Positions 41,832 through 51,081 of a DNA stretch of 64,000 nt are shown here, in pieces. Numbering within the stretch: the first letter of the stretch is position 1; every line of letters begins with the position of its first letter. Location of the stretch: contig JBQLZK010000026.1 in the NCBI GenBank assembly GCA_052168235.1, forward strand, positions 1 to 64,000. The letters run 5' to 3'. The notes under the pieces were generated by a model that was given only the letters and a program-made list of their open reading frames with translations, was not told where the DNA came from and did no database searches. A program made the position numbers and the translations under genes. The DNA comes from Thainema sp. (lineage in GTDB: Bacteria; Cyanobacteriota; Cyanobacteriia; Phormidesmidales; Phormidesmidaceae).

Positions 41832-42146
41832 CTAACCTTTGTGCTTACCGTTGCCGCGTTTGCCTTTATTTTTATGTTTTGCTCCTGGCTTTGTTCCGGG
41901 CGGCGTCCGGTGATCGCCAAAATACTTCTCACTGCGGTAGTGCAGCCAAACTTTTAGCACCTCCGGAATCTGCTGCTTTTGCTCCTTTGTCAGTTGGTTA
42001 TACAGCTCTAGTGCTTTTTCCCGTTCACCGCGACAGGCGCGATTATTGTGCGCATCCCAATAGGATCGCGCCACTCGAATTCGCCGACACACTTCCTTAA
42101 TGAGGGCATCGCCTTCGAGCGGTTGATCGGGATTTTGCTTGGCCAT
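41832..42146 (-). CDS. Small basic conserved hypothetical protein
   Basis: ATG 1 nt after the methyltransferase stop; 104 aa MAKQNPD...RIRVARSYWDAHNNRACRGER...; Lys-rich tail. Confidence 0.75.
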   Translation of the reverse strand: MAKQNPDQPLEGDALIKEVCRRIRVARSYWDAHNNRACRGEREKALELYNQLTKEQKQQIPEVLKVWLHYRSEKYFGDHRTPPGTKPGAKHKNKGKRGNGKHKG

Positions 42147-42147
42147 A

Positions 42148-43107
42148 TTACTTCGCTTGGGCAATGAAGGTGCGGTGGCGGGGGCTGTTGAATGTGACGG
42201 TCGGTGTTGCAAATCCCGCTGATTCAATCGCCTGGGCTAGATCGAGCGCAAAATACTGATCTAGATAGGGTTCGGTGCTTTTGAGCAGCGTGAAGACAAA
42301 GGGCGGAATGGTTTTCAAAAATTCCGATTGGGGATTCATATCCATAATAGCTACGTGACCACCAGGGCGTACCAGGCGACGAGCTTCTTGCAAAATTGCG
42401 ATCGCAGCCGACTGGGGCAGTTCGTGGAACATCAGGCAGGCGGATACTAAGTCAAATGAGCCGCTGGGCAACTGCGTCTCTTCAGCGGCGGCATGTACCC
42501 ACTGCATGGATGAGTAGCGCTCTGTTTGCTGGGCTTTATACTGCGCGACGGTGACAAAGTAGGGCGACAGATCCACGCCCGTCAGTTGCGCGTTGGGAAA
42601 CGTATCTTGCAGCGTAAATGTGCTCAAACCCACGCCGCAGCCCAAGTCCGCAATCGTCTCAGGCGCAGTCGGCAGTTGTGCCGTCAGGACATCGTGGTAG
42701 CTCTGCCGCAGGCGGGCATCGCCTTGTGCGCCCGATTCCGGCCAGATACGGGCGTGAACTGCACGGGCTGCCACATCTAGCTCCATAGCAGGTGTCCAGC
42801 CCAGATTGCCCTCGTCGTAGGCGTGAAAACTGGTGGTGTAATAGTCGGGATAGGCCAAATTAGGATTGGTCATCGCGGCCAAATCCTGCTCCCAAGCGGT
42901 ATCGAATTCGGCTCCCGACTGGCGCGATCGCAGATCGTGGACTTCCTGTCGCCACTGCACCCCAATGGTTTCGGCTCGCTTGACCATCATGGAGCGGGCG
43001 CGGGATTTGGCTAACTGCGCCAGCGGCTTGACCGCTAAGACGCCATTCACCACGCCGTTCATCACTTGAGACGTAGCCGCTGATAGGGGGGAGACAGTCG
43101 CAGACAT
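42148..43107 (-). CDS. Class I SAM-dependent methyltransferase
   Basis: DLGCGVG, GVDLSP, FDLV...FHELP, FHAYDEGNL. Confidence 0.92.
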   Translation of the reverse strand: MSATVSPLSAATSQVMNGVVNGVLAVKPLAQLAKSRARSMMVKRAETIGVQWRQEVHDLRSRQSGAEFDTAWEQDLAAMTNPNLAYPDYYTTSFHAYDEGNLGWTPAMELDVAARAVHARIWPESGAQGDARLRQSYHDVLTAQLPTAPETIADLGCGVGLSTFTLQDTFPNAQLTGVDLSPYFVTVAQYKAQQTERYSSMQWVHAAAEETQLPSGSFDLVSACLMFHELPQSAAIAILQEARRLVRPGGHVAIMDMNPQSEFLKTIPPFVFTLLKSTEPYLDQYFALDLAQAIESAGFATPTVTFNSPRHRTFIAQAK

Positions 43108-43278
43108 AGGACGCTATAAGACGATGTAAAACAAGAATGAATTAACTGTCCATATTTACCTAAATCAAATCCTGGCACAAGCGGGTGAGCGGGAATTTCA
43201 GGCAAATTTTGGTTAAGGTGCGGATATTGCGATCGCAGGTCGGTCAGAACCGAACCTGACAGCATCAGTCTCTTTGAT

Positions 43279-43308
43279 ATCGTTAAGACTAGAATCGTTA
43301 AGACTAGA
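43279..43308. repeat. Tandem 15-bp direct repeat in a divergent promoter region
   Basis: ATCGTTAAGACTAGA x2. Confidence 0.75.
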
Positions 43309-43490
43309 TAAATATCTAAAGTTAAAAATAGTTGATCGTCTGAGCTACGCTACACCAATGTACGTATAACAGTCCCAGGACGATCTGATTAGAATCTTAA
43401 TTTACGTAAAACGCCCGGTTTCTCTGCAAACCTCAGGGCAGATTAGATCAGACGTATCGAACGAACAAGTTCAAGCAGGAGGCAATTTGG

Positions 43491-44510
43491 ATGGCAGCAA
43501 CTGATTTCAAAGACTATTACGCCATTCTGGGAGTAGGCAAAAGCTCAAATGCTGACGAAATTAAGCGAGCCTATCGCAAATTGGCCCGTAAATATCATCC
43601 TGACTTGAATCCTGGCGATAAAGCAGCCGAGGCTCGTTTTAAAGAAGTCAATGAAGCCTACGAAGTGCTGTCTGATCCCGATAAGCGGCAAAAGTATGAC
43701 CAGTTTGGTCAATATTGGAAGCAAGCCGGACAGGCGGGTGGCTGGGCAGGTGGCGCACCCGGCGGCGTGGGTGGCTTTGACTTCAGCAACTACGGCAGCT
43801 TTGACGAGTTTATTAACGAACTGCTGGGGCGTTTCTCCACAGGTGGCGCAGCCGGAGGCCGCAGCCGCACCTACGGCTATAGTGGTTCACCACGGGGCGC
43901 AGGTGGTTTTAGCGGCTTTGATGATTTCGCTACGGGGTTTGGTGGCCGGGGAGGCTCAACCGCTGGTGCCAGCTTAGACCAGGAAGCGTCTATTTCCCTG
44001 ACCTTTAGCGAAGCCTTCCACGGTGCCCAAAAGCGACTCAATTTGGGGACTGAGGTGATTGACGTACGGATTCCCGCCGGAGCAAGAAATGGCAGTCGGA
44101 TTCGGGTGCGGGGCAAAGGTGTGGCCGATCCAATGGGATCGAATAAGCGGGGCGATTTGTATCTGAATGTGCAGCTCCAGCCCCATACGTTCTTCAAGCT
44201 GGATGGCGATAATCTGACCTGTGAAGTGCCGATCGCACCGGATGAAGCCGCGCTAGGTGGCTCGATTGATGTACCGACACCGGATGGTTCTGTCACCATG
44301 ACGATTCCGGCTGGTATCCGCTCTGGTCAGTCGCTCCGACTGCGGGGCAAAGGCTGGCCAAACCGCAAAGGCGGACGTGGCGATCAGCTTGTGCGGGTGC
44401 AAATTGTACCACCGAAGACTCTCAGCGAGGTTGAGCGCGAGTGCTACGAAAAAATTCGCGACAGCCGCACAATGAATCCCCGCAGCAGCATCGCCAATAT
44501 TCATCTGTAG
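43491..44510 (+). CDS. Class B DnaJ (CbpA-like) co-chaperone
   Basis: J domain with HPD, G/F-rich linker, DnaJ C-terminal domain, no Zn finger. Confidence 0.93.
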   Translation: MAATDFKDYYAILGVGKSSNADEIKRAYRKLARKYHPDLNPGDKAAEARFKEVNEAYEVLSDPDKRQKYDQFGQYWKQAGQAGGWAGGAPGGVGGFDFSNYGSFDEFINELLGRFSTGGAAGGRSRTYGYSGSPRGAGGFSGFDDFATGFGGRGGSTAGASLDQEASISLTFSEAFHGAQKRLNLGTEVIDVRIPAGARNGSRIRVRGKGVADPMGSNKRGDLYLNVQLQPHTFFKLDGDNLTCEVPIAPDEAALGGSIDVPTPDGSVTMTIPAGIRSGQSLRLRGKGWPNRKGGRGDQLVRVQIVPPKTLSEVERECYEKIRDSRTMNPRSSIANIHL

Positions 44511-44740
44511 AGTCTTAAAGTTTGTCAAACTGTGGCTCTATCCTAAAGTTTTTGCCTATAGAGAGAGGAGCTTTCCCTATTCTGCTCCCTTCTCACCGTG
44601 GAAAAACGAAGAGATGTTCTGATCAAAAAAGGCCCTTCTGTGTCAACTCGCTGACGAGAAGGGCTTCAGTTATCAGTAGAGAACTTGTCAGATGAAAGTA
44701 GTCAAAGAAGGATTGCTTCTGGGACTAGCTTGAAAGCAAA

Positions 44741-45232
44741 CTACAGCGTTGCGTGGCTGACTTGGCTAGATAGGGTATACAGTGCCATCCAAGTTTGAGG
44801 GCCAACAATGCCATCGACAACGAGGCGATATTCGCCTTGGAACACTTTGACCGCGGCTTCCGTTTTGGGGCCAAAAATGCCATCAATTGGGCCAGCATGA
44901 TACAGCGGATAGATCAGATTGTCGAAGCCAGAGAATACTCGCTGCAGGCGCTCAACATGCTCATTGCGGCTACCTGAACGCAGAACTGGCATATCAACTG
45001 GATAGCCTGCGTCTAAAGATTTCCAGGTTTTGGGGCCAACAATACCATCTTCTGCCAGAAACAGACGGTACTGCATTACTTTGACTGCGAACTCAGTTTG
45101 AGGGCCAAAGATGCCATCAACTTGGAGCTGGATGGGGCCACGCTGATTGAGTAAGTGCTGTAAATCTTTTATAACTGCACCTTGAGAACCGCGCTGTACA
45201 GTGGGACGTTGGATATTGATATTGGTTTGCAT
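44741..45232 (-). CDS. Peptidoglycan-binding domain protein
   Basis: Repeated DGIFGPxT / DGIVGPxTW PG_binding_1 motifs; no catalytic domain or signal peptide apparent. Confidence 0.88.
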   Translation of the reverse strand: MQTNINIQRPTVQRGSQGAVIKDLQHLLNQRGPIQLQVDGIFGPQTEFAVKVMQYRLFLAEDGIVGPKTWKSLDAGYPVDMPVLRSGSRNEHVERLQRVFSGFDNLIYPLYHAGPIDGIFGPKTEAAVKVFQGEYRLVVDGIVGPQTWMALYTLSSQVSHATL

Positions 45233-45418
45233 CAGAAACTCCTTACAGGATGTGAGTCGATAGGGGTAATCGATAATTACGAATGGACTCGAAGTGAACT
45301 TGATGGAACGCTTGAATCCGTTCTAATAAAAATATCAATTCGCTCCTAGGAGATTTCGGCAGACCCTATGACCCAAACCGGGGCATTTAGGCGCAAAAGC
45401 AGTTTTCAAAGATTAAAA

Positions 45419-45481
45419 GAAAACCCCAGAATCTTGAAAGGGATGATATTGCGAGCCTTTCAAAAAGATTTTGGGGGTTTC
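45419..45481 (-). terminator. Long imperfect hairpin downstream of fni
   Basis: AAACCCCAGAATCTT-GAAAGG...CCTTTC-AAAAAGATTTTGGGGGTTT with an A-rich 5' flank. Confidence 0.5.
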
Positions 45482-45500
45482 AGAACAGTTGCTGGATGGC

Positions 45501-46655
45501 TTAGCTCAGCCGCTGGAGGATATCGGGATTTTTCAGATCCGCTAGCGTTGCGCTACCAGTACAGAACATAGCTGTCGAGATTTCAGCGACCAATAGCTCA
45601 GCTAAATCATAAACTGCCGCTTCTGAATCCGATGCGGCCTGCAAAAATGGCCAAGCCAGTCCCGCTAGATCTGCCCCCAGCGCAATGGTTTTCGCTACAT
45701 CTAAACCTGTCCGCAGTCCACCGGAAGCGATTAGGGGGATTTCAGGTGCGATCGCACGAATCGCTGTAATACAATCCGCCGTCGGCAAGCCCCAATCGGC
45801 AAAGGTATTACCCAAGCGCCGCTGCTTGAAGTCCTGCGCCCGCTCGCTTTCGACCCGTGCCCAGGAGGTGCCGCCCGCGCCCGCTACGTCGATGGCGCTG
45901 ATGCCGCAATCAATTAACCGCTGCGCCATTTTAGCTGAAATGCCGTTACCGACTTCTTTGGCAATTACGGGTATAGGCAACTGCTGACAGAGGGTTTCAA
46001 TTTTCGCCAGCAGTCCCTTGAAGTTGGTATCGCCCCGCGTCTGGACGCACTCTTGTAGCGGATTCAGGTGCAAAATCAGCGCATCGGCTTCCAGCCAGTC
46101 CACCACCTGCTGGCACTGCTCTAGACCGTAACTGTAGTTCAATTGAACCGCGCCCAGATTGGCAAAAATTAGCGCATCGGGTGCGATCGCACGAATGGAA
46201 AAGGTCGATTGCAGCTCTGGATTTTCCACAGCCACCCGCTGCGAGCCGACACCCATTGCTAAGCGGTACTGCTGCGCTACTTCGGCCAGTCGAGTGTTAA
46301 TCAGCTTGGCCTGCTCGGTGCCGCCCGTCATGGAAGAGATCAGCAGCGGTGCGCCCAGAGATTTGCCGAGAAACGTTGTACTCAGCACCAAATCTTGATA
46401 GTCCAATTCGGGCAGGCAGCAGTGGACAAACCGATAGCGGTCGAGGCCATTGCCCGTGCGATGAAACTGCACGTCTTCGTCAAGACAAATCCGCAGATGG
46501 TCAGCCTTGCGAACCTGAGTTTCATGAGCGGTTTCGGGGGCTGCGTGAGCGGTATTATCTGGCGTACCTTGAGCGGAAACGGAATGGGTGGAAGAAGATG
46601 GAGTCACGGATCGAAGTCGTTGTTCTACCTTGCGAAGATCCAGTTTCCCACGCAT
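45501..46655 (-). CDS. fni: Type 2 isopentenyl-diphosphate isomerase (FMN-dependent)
   Basis: [46 protein letters not shown]; start uncertain (46655 or further downstream). Confidence 0.95.
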   Translation of the reverse strand: MRGKLDLRKVEQRLRSVTPSSSTHSVSAQGTPDNTAHAAPETAHETQVRKADHLRICLDEDVQFHRTGNGLDRYRFVHCCLPELDYQDLVLSTTFLGKSLGAPLLISSMTGGTEQAKLINTRLAEVAQQYRLAMGVGSQRVAVENPELQSTFSIRAIAPDALIFANLGAVQLNYSYGLEQCQQVVDWLEADALILHLNPLQECVQTRGDTNFKGLLAKIETLCQQLPIPVIAKEVGNGISAKMAQRLIDCGISAIDVAGAGGTSWARVESERAQDFKQRRLGNTFADWGLPTADCITAIRAIAPEIPLIASGGLRTGLDVAKTIALGADLAGLAWPFLQAASDSEAAVYDLAELLVAEISTAMFCTGSATLADLKNPDILQRLS

Positions 46656-46781
46656 CGGTTCTGGAATGGCTTTTGGTAAATATTTTGTTGTTCTAGAGGA
46701 TGTAGAGGGATGTAGAGGCTGTAAAGGGCTGTAGAGACCCAATTACAAGAGAGCCGACTTGATTTGTGAGTGTCAAAAAGC

Positions 46782-48602
46782 CTATTTCAGCTCTTTAGCG
46801 AAGTCGCGCTGCAATGTTTGTAGAGTGACTTCTAGACCGGAAGAATGAATCCAGCCTACATAACCGCCATAGACGCAGCACTTGTTCTCGTCTCGAATAA
46901 ATACATGATCAACACCAAACGGATTTTTCCAAGTACTTACTTGAACACCATTTCTGAACTTGAGTAGAGGTGTAGAGTGACGGAAATCAGCACGATTAGC
47001 TTTGGTCATTCCTGGCACTTGATTCAGCCGCGATCTGAGTGTTTCGATCAGTGAATTTGTTTCAGAGTCAGAAACAGCTTCAGAAAATTTTTGATGAGAG
47101 CGACCCAGCAAGACGTTAATTTCAGCCAAAATTTCTGATAGACGAGTTTTGTAATTTAGATGTCCTCCTACCCAATCGCTAACATCTAAGTTGATTACTC
47201 CATCTAGCTCTAATTCGCTCATACCAATCGGACTCGCTAGCAATTCTGCCGTTCGATAAACATAGGCTAGTACTAAATCATTCTTGGAATAAACATTAAC
47301 AATGTTGCCTTCAACAATTTGACTAGCACGCTTAAGCCTGGGGTCGTCTTGCGCTATTGCACCAGCAAGGAGATATACATCAAAGACTTTTCCAGACACG
47401 CCCCGCTTTGCCAATTGGTCAAGTGCTGCAATGACGACTCGTGTTCCTAAAGAGTAGGCAATGAGTGTAATTGGCAAGCCACCAAATCCACCATCAGCAA
47501 TATAATCACCTAAGAGTTTGCCAGCTTGCTCTGCACGGTTTTTAGCTACGCTCCAGGGATTGTCAATGATGTTGAGGGCAGAGAGTGCTGCAACGGGTAT
47601 CGCTGCCATTCCAAACGCTTTTTTAGTTGCAGACATCGCTATCTGCGCTATAGCTGCTCCAGATAAGCCTTGAGAAGAAACAGAGGACAGAACCTTTCCA
47701 AGGTCTTGTAGTTTCTTGGATTCCCATTTCAAATCATAGCTACAGGCTTGAGGAAAAGACTCCTGGAGACCTGACCATACATCACTAGGCTGTTGACCCT
47801 GTTGCAAAAAACCACTTACACCTAGACAGATATGTAGTCCTTCTCCTCCGATATGCTCAATATCCCACTCTTTGATATCACCTAGCCGTTGATTTGCTTT
47901 CCAACCTGCAATTCCAGCACCACTAGCACCCAAGGCGGCTGTTACAAGCGCTGTGCCACCTGCCATACCAAATCCGCCTGCGGCAATTGAGCCACCACCC
48001 AAAAAGGCTAAACCTGCTGACGTAGCTGCTGCACCACTTAAACCTAAGAAAGTTGTGCCAATAGCTCCTCCAATGATTGGGGCGGCCAATCCACCTGTTA
48101 GCGCGATCGCACCTCCTCCCACAACTGCTATACCTGCTACTTGAGCAACTTTCCCCCAGTCCCAAGATTTGGGGTCTTGAACAGTGTTTTCTGTGTTTTT
48201 CTTTGCTTCTGCGTTCTTCTTTGCTTCTTCTAGGGTGTTGCGGAATCGCTCAACTAAGTCATGCTCAATATTTTCAATAGTTGACCAAGGAACATCCAGA
48301 ATTTTGGCTGCTTCACTAATGGCCACCCGTTCTCGTGCATCGTAGATACCATCTGCAAAAGACATCTGGAGCAGTAACTCTAGTACGAACTGCTTAGACG
48401 CAGTGGTTTTAAGATCAAGCAGAATAGTTTGAAGTTCTGCTAAATTCACATTTTTCACTGGCGGTAGAGGATCAATTTGCAGGTGTAGCGCAACGTTCTC
48501 CAAGAATTCTAATTCCTGTTTAGAAATCTCTCCGTCTCTTGTAGCTAGCCAGATTAAAAGTTTGAGGATTGCCCGTTTCTCGGTATTCTTCCAGGATTGC
48601 AT
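46782..48602 (-). CDS. TerB-like N-terminal domain + glycine-rich TM region + DUF726/TMCO4-like alpha/beta hydrolase + unknown C-terminal domain
   Basis: A.RDGEIS..E and MSFADG.YD.RE TerB motifs; ALTGGLAAP..G...GLAFLGGGS..AGG.GMAGG; IDNPWSVAKNRA, AYSLGTRV, NVYSKNDLVL, GHLNY; AT-richer than its neighbours. Confidence 0.75.
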   Translation of the reverse strand: MQSWKNTEKRAILKLLIWLATRDGEISKQELEFLENVALHLQIDPLPPVKNVNLAELQTILLDLKTTASKQFVLELLLQMSFADGIYDARERVAISEAAKILDVPWSTIENIEHDLVERFRNTLEEAKKNAEAKKNTENTVQDPKSWDWGKVAQVAGIAVVGGGAIALTGGLAAPIIGGAIGTTFLGLSGAAATSAGLAFLGGGSIAAGGFGMAGGTALVTAALGASGAGIAGWKANQRLGDIKEWDIEHIGGEGLHICLGVSGFLQQGQQPSDVWSGLQESFPQACSYDLKWESKKLQDLGKVLSSVSSQGLSGAAIAQIAMSATKKAFGMAAIPVAALSALNIIDNPWSVAKNRAEQAGKLLGDYIADGGFGGLPITLIAYSLGTRVVIAALDQLAKRGVSGKVFDVYLLAGAIAQDDPRLKRASQIVEGNIVNVYSKNDLVLAYVYRTAELLASPIGMSELELDGVINLDVSDWVGGHLNYKTRLSEILAEINVLLGRSHQKFSEAVSDSETNSLIETLRSRLNQVPGMTKANRADFRHSTPLLKFRNGVQVSTWKNPFGVDHVFIRDENKCCVYGGYVGWIHSSGLEVTLQTLQRDFAKELK

Positions 48603-48875
48603 GAATTCTTAATTCCTTGGCGAGACCACAATATTGCCCAGATTCCTACTGCTATTTCGTGAAGATGTTAGGTTCTTGTTTAGTCAACCTGGCAAGCTTC
48701 AATTTGCAACTCACAGAAGGTTCTCTCCTTTAAGATCTTCAAATTGAGAATGCCCAATCAGGATAGATAATCTGCAACCTCACTTGGATCTAGCGCGATC
48801 GCAAATCCCCTATGTCGAGTTGAAGCATAAAACCCGACAATTCCCTTCACTAATCTTTCTGTCAGTAATCCTGTA

Positions 48876-48904
48876 TTGACTCCACAGGCCAAATCTCGTA
48901 CTGT
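48876..48904 (+). promoter_or_regulatory. sigma70-type promoter
   Basis: TTGACT (48876-81), 17-nt spacer, TACTGT (48899-904). Confidence 0.55.
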
Positions 48905-48949
48905 GAAACGTTAAGTTGTCGAAGCAAACATCACCTGCACGGCAACTGG

Positions 48950-49037
48950 ATACCAAAAATCTAGTCGCACCACCCAGAGTTGCTGACGACAACCCTGGAT
49001 GGCTAACCGCTACGTTGAACGAGGCAACGCATCGGCT
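48950..49037 (-). ncRNA. Putative cis-antisense small RNA
   Basis: TATAAT on - at 49049-49044; 13-bp hairpin 48970-49002 that is fully paired only on - (2 G.U wobbles); U5 run about 10 nt later; ends are approximate. Confidence 0.4.
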
Positions 49038-49139
49038 TGGAGGATTATATCCTCTAGTCACTCTGCATTGCGCTTCAAATGCGGAGTGGCTAGGTTTTTG
49101 GCTTTCCTCGAAAGTCAAAACCAAAGGAAACCACAATGA
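48999..49139 (+). CDS. Putative 46-aa leader peptide
   Basis: MANRYVERGNASAWRIISSSHSALRFKCGVARFLAFLESQNQRKPQ*; its TGA overlaps the ATG of the next ORF (ATGA). Confidence 0.35.
   Translation: MANRYVERGNASAWRIISSSHSALRFKCGVARFLAFLESQNQRKPQ
49054..49099 (+). terminator. Leader terminator / attenuator hairpin
   Basis: CTAGTCACTCTGCATT-N8-AATGCGGAGTGGCTAG (16 bp, 2 G.U on +) followed by GTTTTT. Confidence 0.65.
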
Positions 49140-49420
49140 CATATTTCATCCTCGGTGCTGCATCCCAGGCAGCGCCACAATCTGGTGCGACCAATCCCAG
49201 CCCAGCTCAACGCGACAGTCGGCATCCGCTGCGGATCATTCTGCTCGGTTCCCGCCCCGACATCATCATCACCATCAAAAACCTGCATCGACGCGGCTTT
49301 GCCCCTGCCGACGAGTGGAGCCAGCCCATTCCCTGCCCCAGCGCCAGCGACGTAGCCAGGATCTTGGCTCAACGTCAGCCCGACGACCAAATCAGCATCC
49401 TCACCCGCTATCTGCACTAA
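49136..49420 (+). CDS. Small hypothetical protein (94 aa)
   Basis: AAAGGA RBS-like sequence upstream; core LRIILLGS...TIKNLHRRGFA...EWS.P.P...ISILTRY resembles, from memory (unverified), a recurrent family of small cyanobacterial hypotheticals. Confidence 0.7.
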   Translation: MTYFILGAASQAAPQSGATNPSPAQRDSRHPLRIILLGSRPDIIITIKNLHRRGFAPADEWSQPIPCPSASDVARILAQRQPDDQISILTRYLH

Positions 49421-49442
49421 CAGATCTAGAACAAAACCACAC

Positions 49443-49687
49443 TCTGTTGCCCTCACCCTAAATCCCTCTCCCACAGGGCGAGGAACTTCCGATCCGGCTC
49501 CTCTTCTCCTGTGGGCTACTGTGTACACACATCTTGATAACGTCCCCTCAACCCTGGAATGATCCCCCTAAATCCCCCTTTTTAAGGGGGATTTAGGGGG
49601 ATCTCAACGTTGAAACGGAGCCGAAGAGACTTGTATGTACCCAGTAGATCCTGTGGGAGAAGGGGCTGGGGGGTAAGGGCAAACAGA
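49443..49687. repeat. REP/SDR-like palindromic repeat interrupted by a MITE
   Basis: Outer arms GCCCTCACCCTAAATCCCTCTCCC ... GGGAGAAGGGGCTGGGGGGTAAGGGC; flanks TCTGTTGCCCT / AGGGCAAACAGA are near-inverted. Confidence 0.65.
49516..49647. mobile_element. 132-bp MITE with terminal inverted repeats and a ~10-bp target duplication
   Basis: TIRs CTACTGTGTACACACA / TGTATGTACCCAGTAG (14/16); TSD CTCCTGTGGG (49506-15) / ATCCTGTGGG (49648-57); internal 20-bp perfect IR at 49561-49603. Confidence 0.8.
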
Positions 49688-49800
49688 ACACATTACGCCC
49701 ACCATTCCTGAAGGATTTTGATAAATTATCTGGAAAAAGCTTATTTGAGTTTGCTTTAAAGTAGGATACGGATTTATTTCCTATATCTCACCATCAATAC

Positions 49801-51081
49801 TTGCCAATGGGTTCCCAGCGTCTACCAGCATTCAAAAATGGATCACGATGGATTGTTGCCGCCAGCGCGATCGCACTTTTAGGCACAGGCAGCGTTTTGG
49901 CGTATCTATTTTGGCAGCAACAGCCTCCCAAAGCCGTCAGTGCCAGGGTTCTGACCGTCGAGCGGGATACCGTCGAAGAAACGATCAACGCCAGCGGCAC
50001 CGTCGAACTGGGCGATCAGCAAACTCTGACATCCCCCACAGAAGGAGCAGTTGAACAAGTCTTCGTCAACTCTGGCGATCGCGTCACGGCGGGACAAACT
50101 CTGATTACCCTACGCAATGCCGAGCGGGAAACGGCCACGACAAACCAGCAACTGCTGATTGCTCAACAGGAAGAAACTCTCCAGCGCAGTCGCCAGCGGA
50201 TCGCCGAAGCAGAGGTGCAGCTTACCGCCTATCGGGCTGACTTGGAGCGGTTGAGTCAGTTGGTAACTGAAGGTGCGATCGCAGAAACGGGGACGGAAAT
50301 TCTGAATAAGCAGGAGCAGATTCGTAACACCGAAGCCCAACTGCGGGATGCCCAGTCTGAAGCCAACAAAGCGCTGCTAGAGCTAGATCGGCTGCAAGTG
50401 GAGGATCAAAAAGTGCAGCAGCAGCTCCGCGAAACCGTAGTCACAGCACCGATTGGCGGCATGATTCTGAATATTGGCGTTCTAGATGGCGATGGGGTTG
50501 AGGTTCGCACCGATCTGCTGACCCTGGGCGATCCAGCGGAAGAGGTCGTCCGTTTGAAGTTGTCTACCCTGGATGCCGCCCGCGTCAAAGTCGGTCAAAC
50601 AGCCCGTGTCAGCGTCATTGGCCCCAATCCAGAGGTCTACATGGGGCGAGTGGTCTATCTTTCACCGCTAGCTGTCACCAACGATAGCAGCAATGGTGGC
50701 GAACAGTCGGCCCAGTCGGTTGTGACGACACTGGTTCAACTGGATCAGCCAACGCGTACTTTGATTCCAGGTAGCCAGGTCAACGTGGAAATCATTCTGA
50801 AATCGCGTCCTGATGTGATAGCGCTGGGTACCGAAACGATTCAGCGCAATGGTGAAGACCCGTTTGTCTGGGTGATTGATGACCAGGGACAGGCTCAGCA
50901 GCGCCCCGTTGAACTGGGTCTTGAAGGACTCGTCACGGTTGAAGTCACCGACGGTCTTGAACCAGGCGACCAAATTATCGTGCCGTCTCCCGATCAGCCT
51001 CTGACCGCAGGCACACCGATTGAAGCTGAATCCCCCAGTTCTTCCGCATCTCCTGAAGCCAATGAGTCTTTCATCAACTGA
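49801..51081 (+). CDS. Periplasmic adaptor / membrane fusion protein (MacA/HlyD family)
   Basis: N-terminal TM, SP..GAV..V.V..GDRV..GQ, coiled coil, APIGG, GL.PGD C-terminus; start may be the ATG at 49807. Confidence 0.9.
   Translation: MPMGSQRLPAFKNGSRWIVAASAIALLGTGSVLAYLFWQQQPPKAVSARVLTVERDTVEETINASGTVELGDQQTLTSPTEGAVEQVFVNSGDRVTAGQTLITLRNAERETATTNQQLLIAQQEETLQRSRQRIAEAEVQLTAYRADLERLSQLVTEGAIAETGTEILNKQEQIRNTEAQLRDAQSEANKALLELDRLQVEDQKVQQQLRETVVTAPIGGMILNIGVLDGDGVEVRTDLLTLGDPAEEVVRLKLSTLDAARVKVGQTARVSVIGPNPEVYMGRVVYLSPLAVTNDSSNGGEQSAQSVVTTLVQLDQPTRTLIPGSQVNVEIILKSRPDVIALGTETIQRNGEDPFVWVIDDQGQAQQRPVELGLEGLVTVEVTDGLEPGDQIIVPSPDQPLTAGTPIEAESPSSSASPEANESFIN

Noticed and set aside
46656..46742. 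N-terminal extension of fni
   Set aside because: Encoded partly by GTAGAGG-like tandem repeats with a TTG start; probably not translated
48916..49461. 181-aa + strand ORF overlapping the leader and the 94-aa ORF
   Set aside because: TTG start almost at the predicted TSS, low-complexity shadow-like sequence, and it runs through both hairpins; the 94-aa frame has an RBS and a protein-like composition
49115..49528. 137-aa - strand ORF (also 48810-49142)
   Set aside because: Antisense shadow of the 94-aa ORF and leader, starting inside the MITE/REP repeat
49443..49687. Possible CRISPR array
   Set aside because: No series of identical repeats with unique spacers; explained by a REP plus MITE
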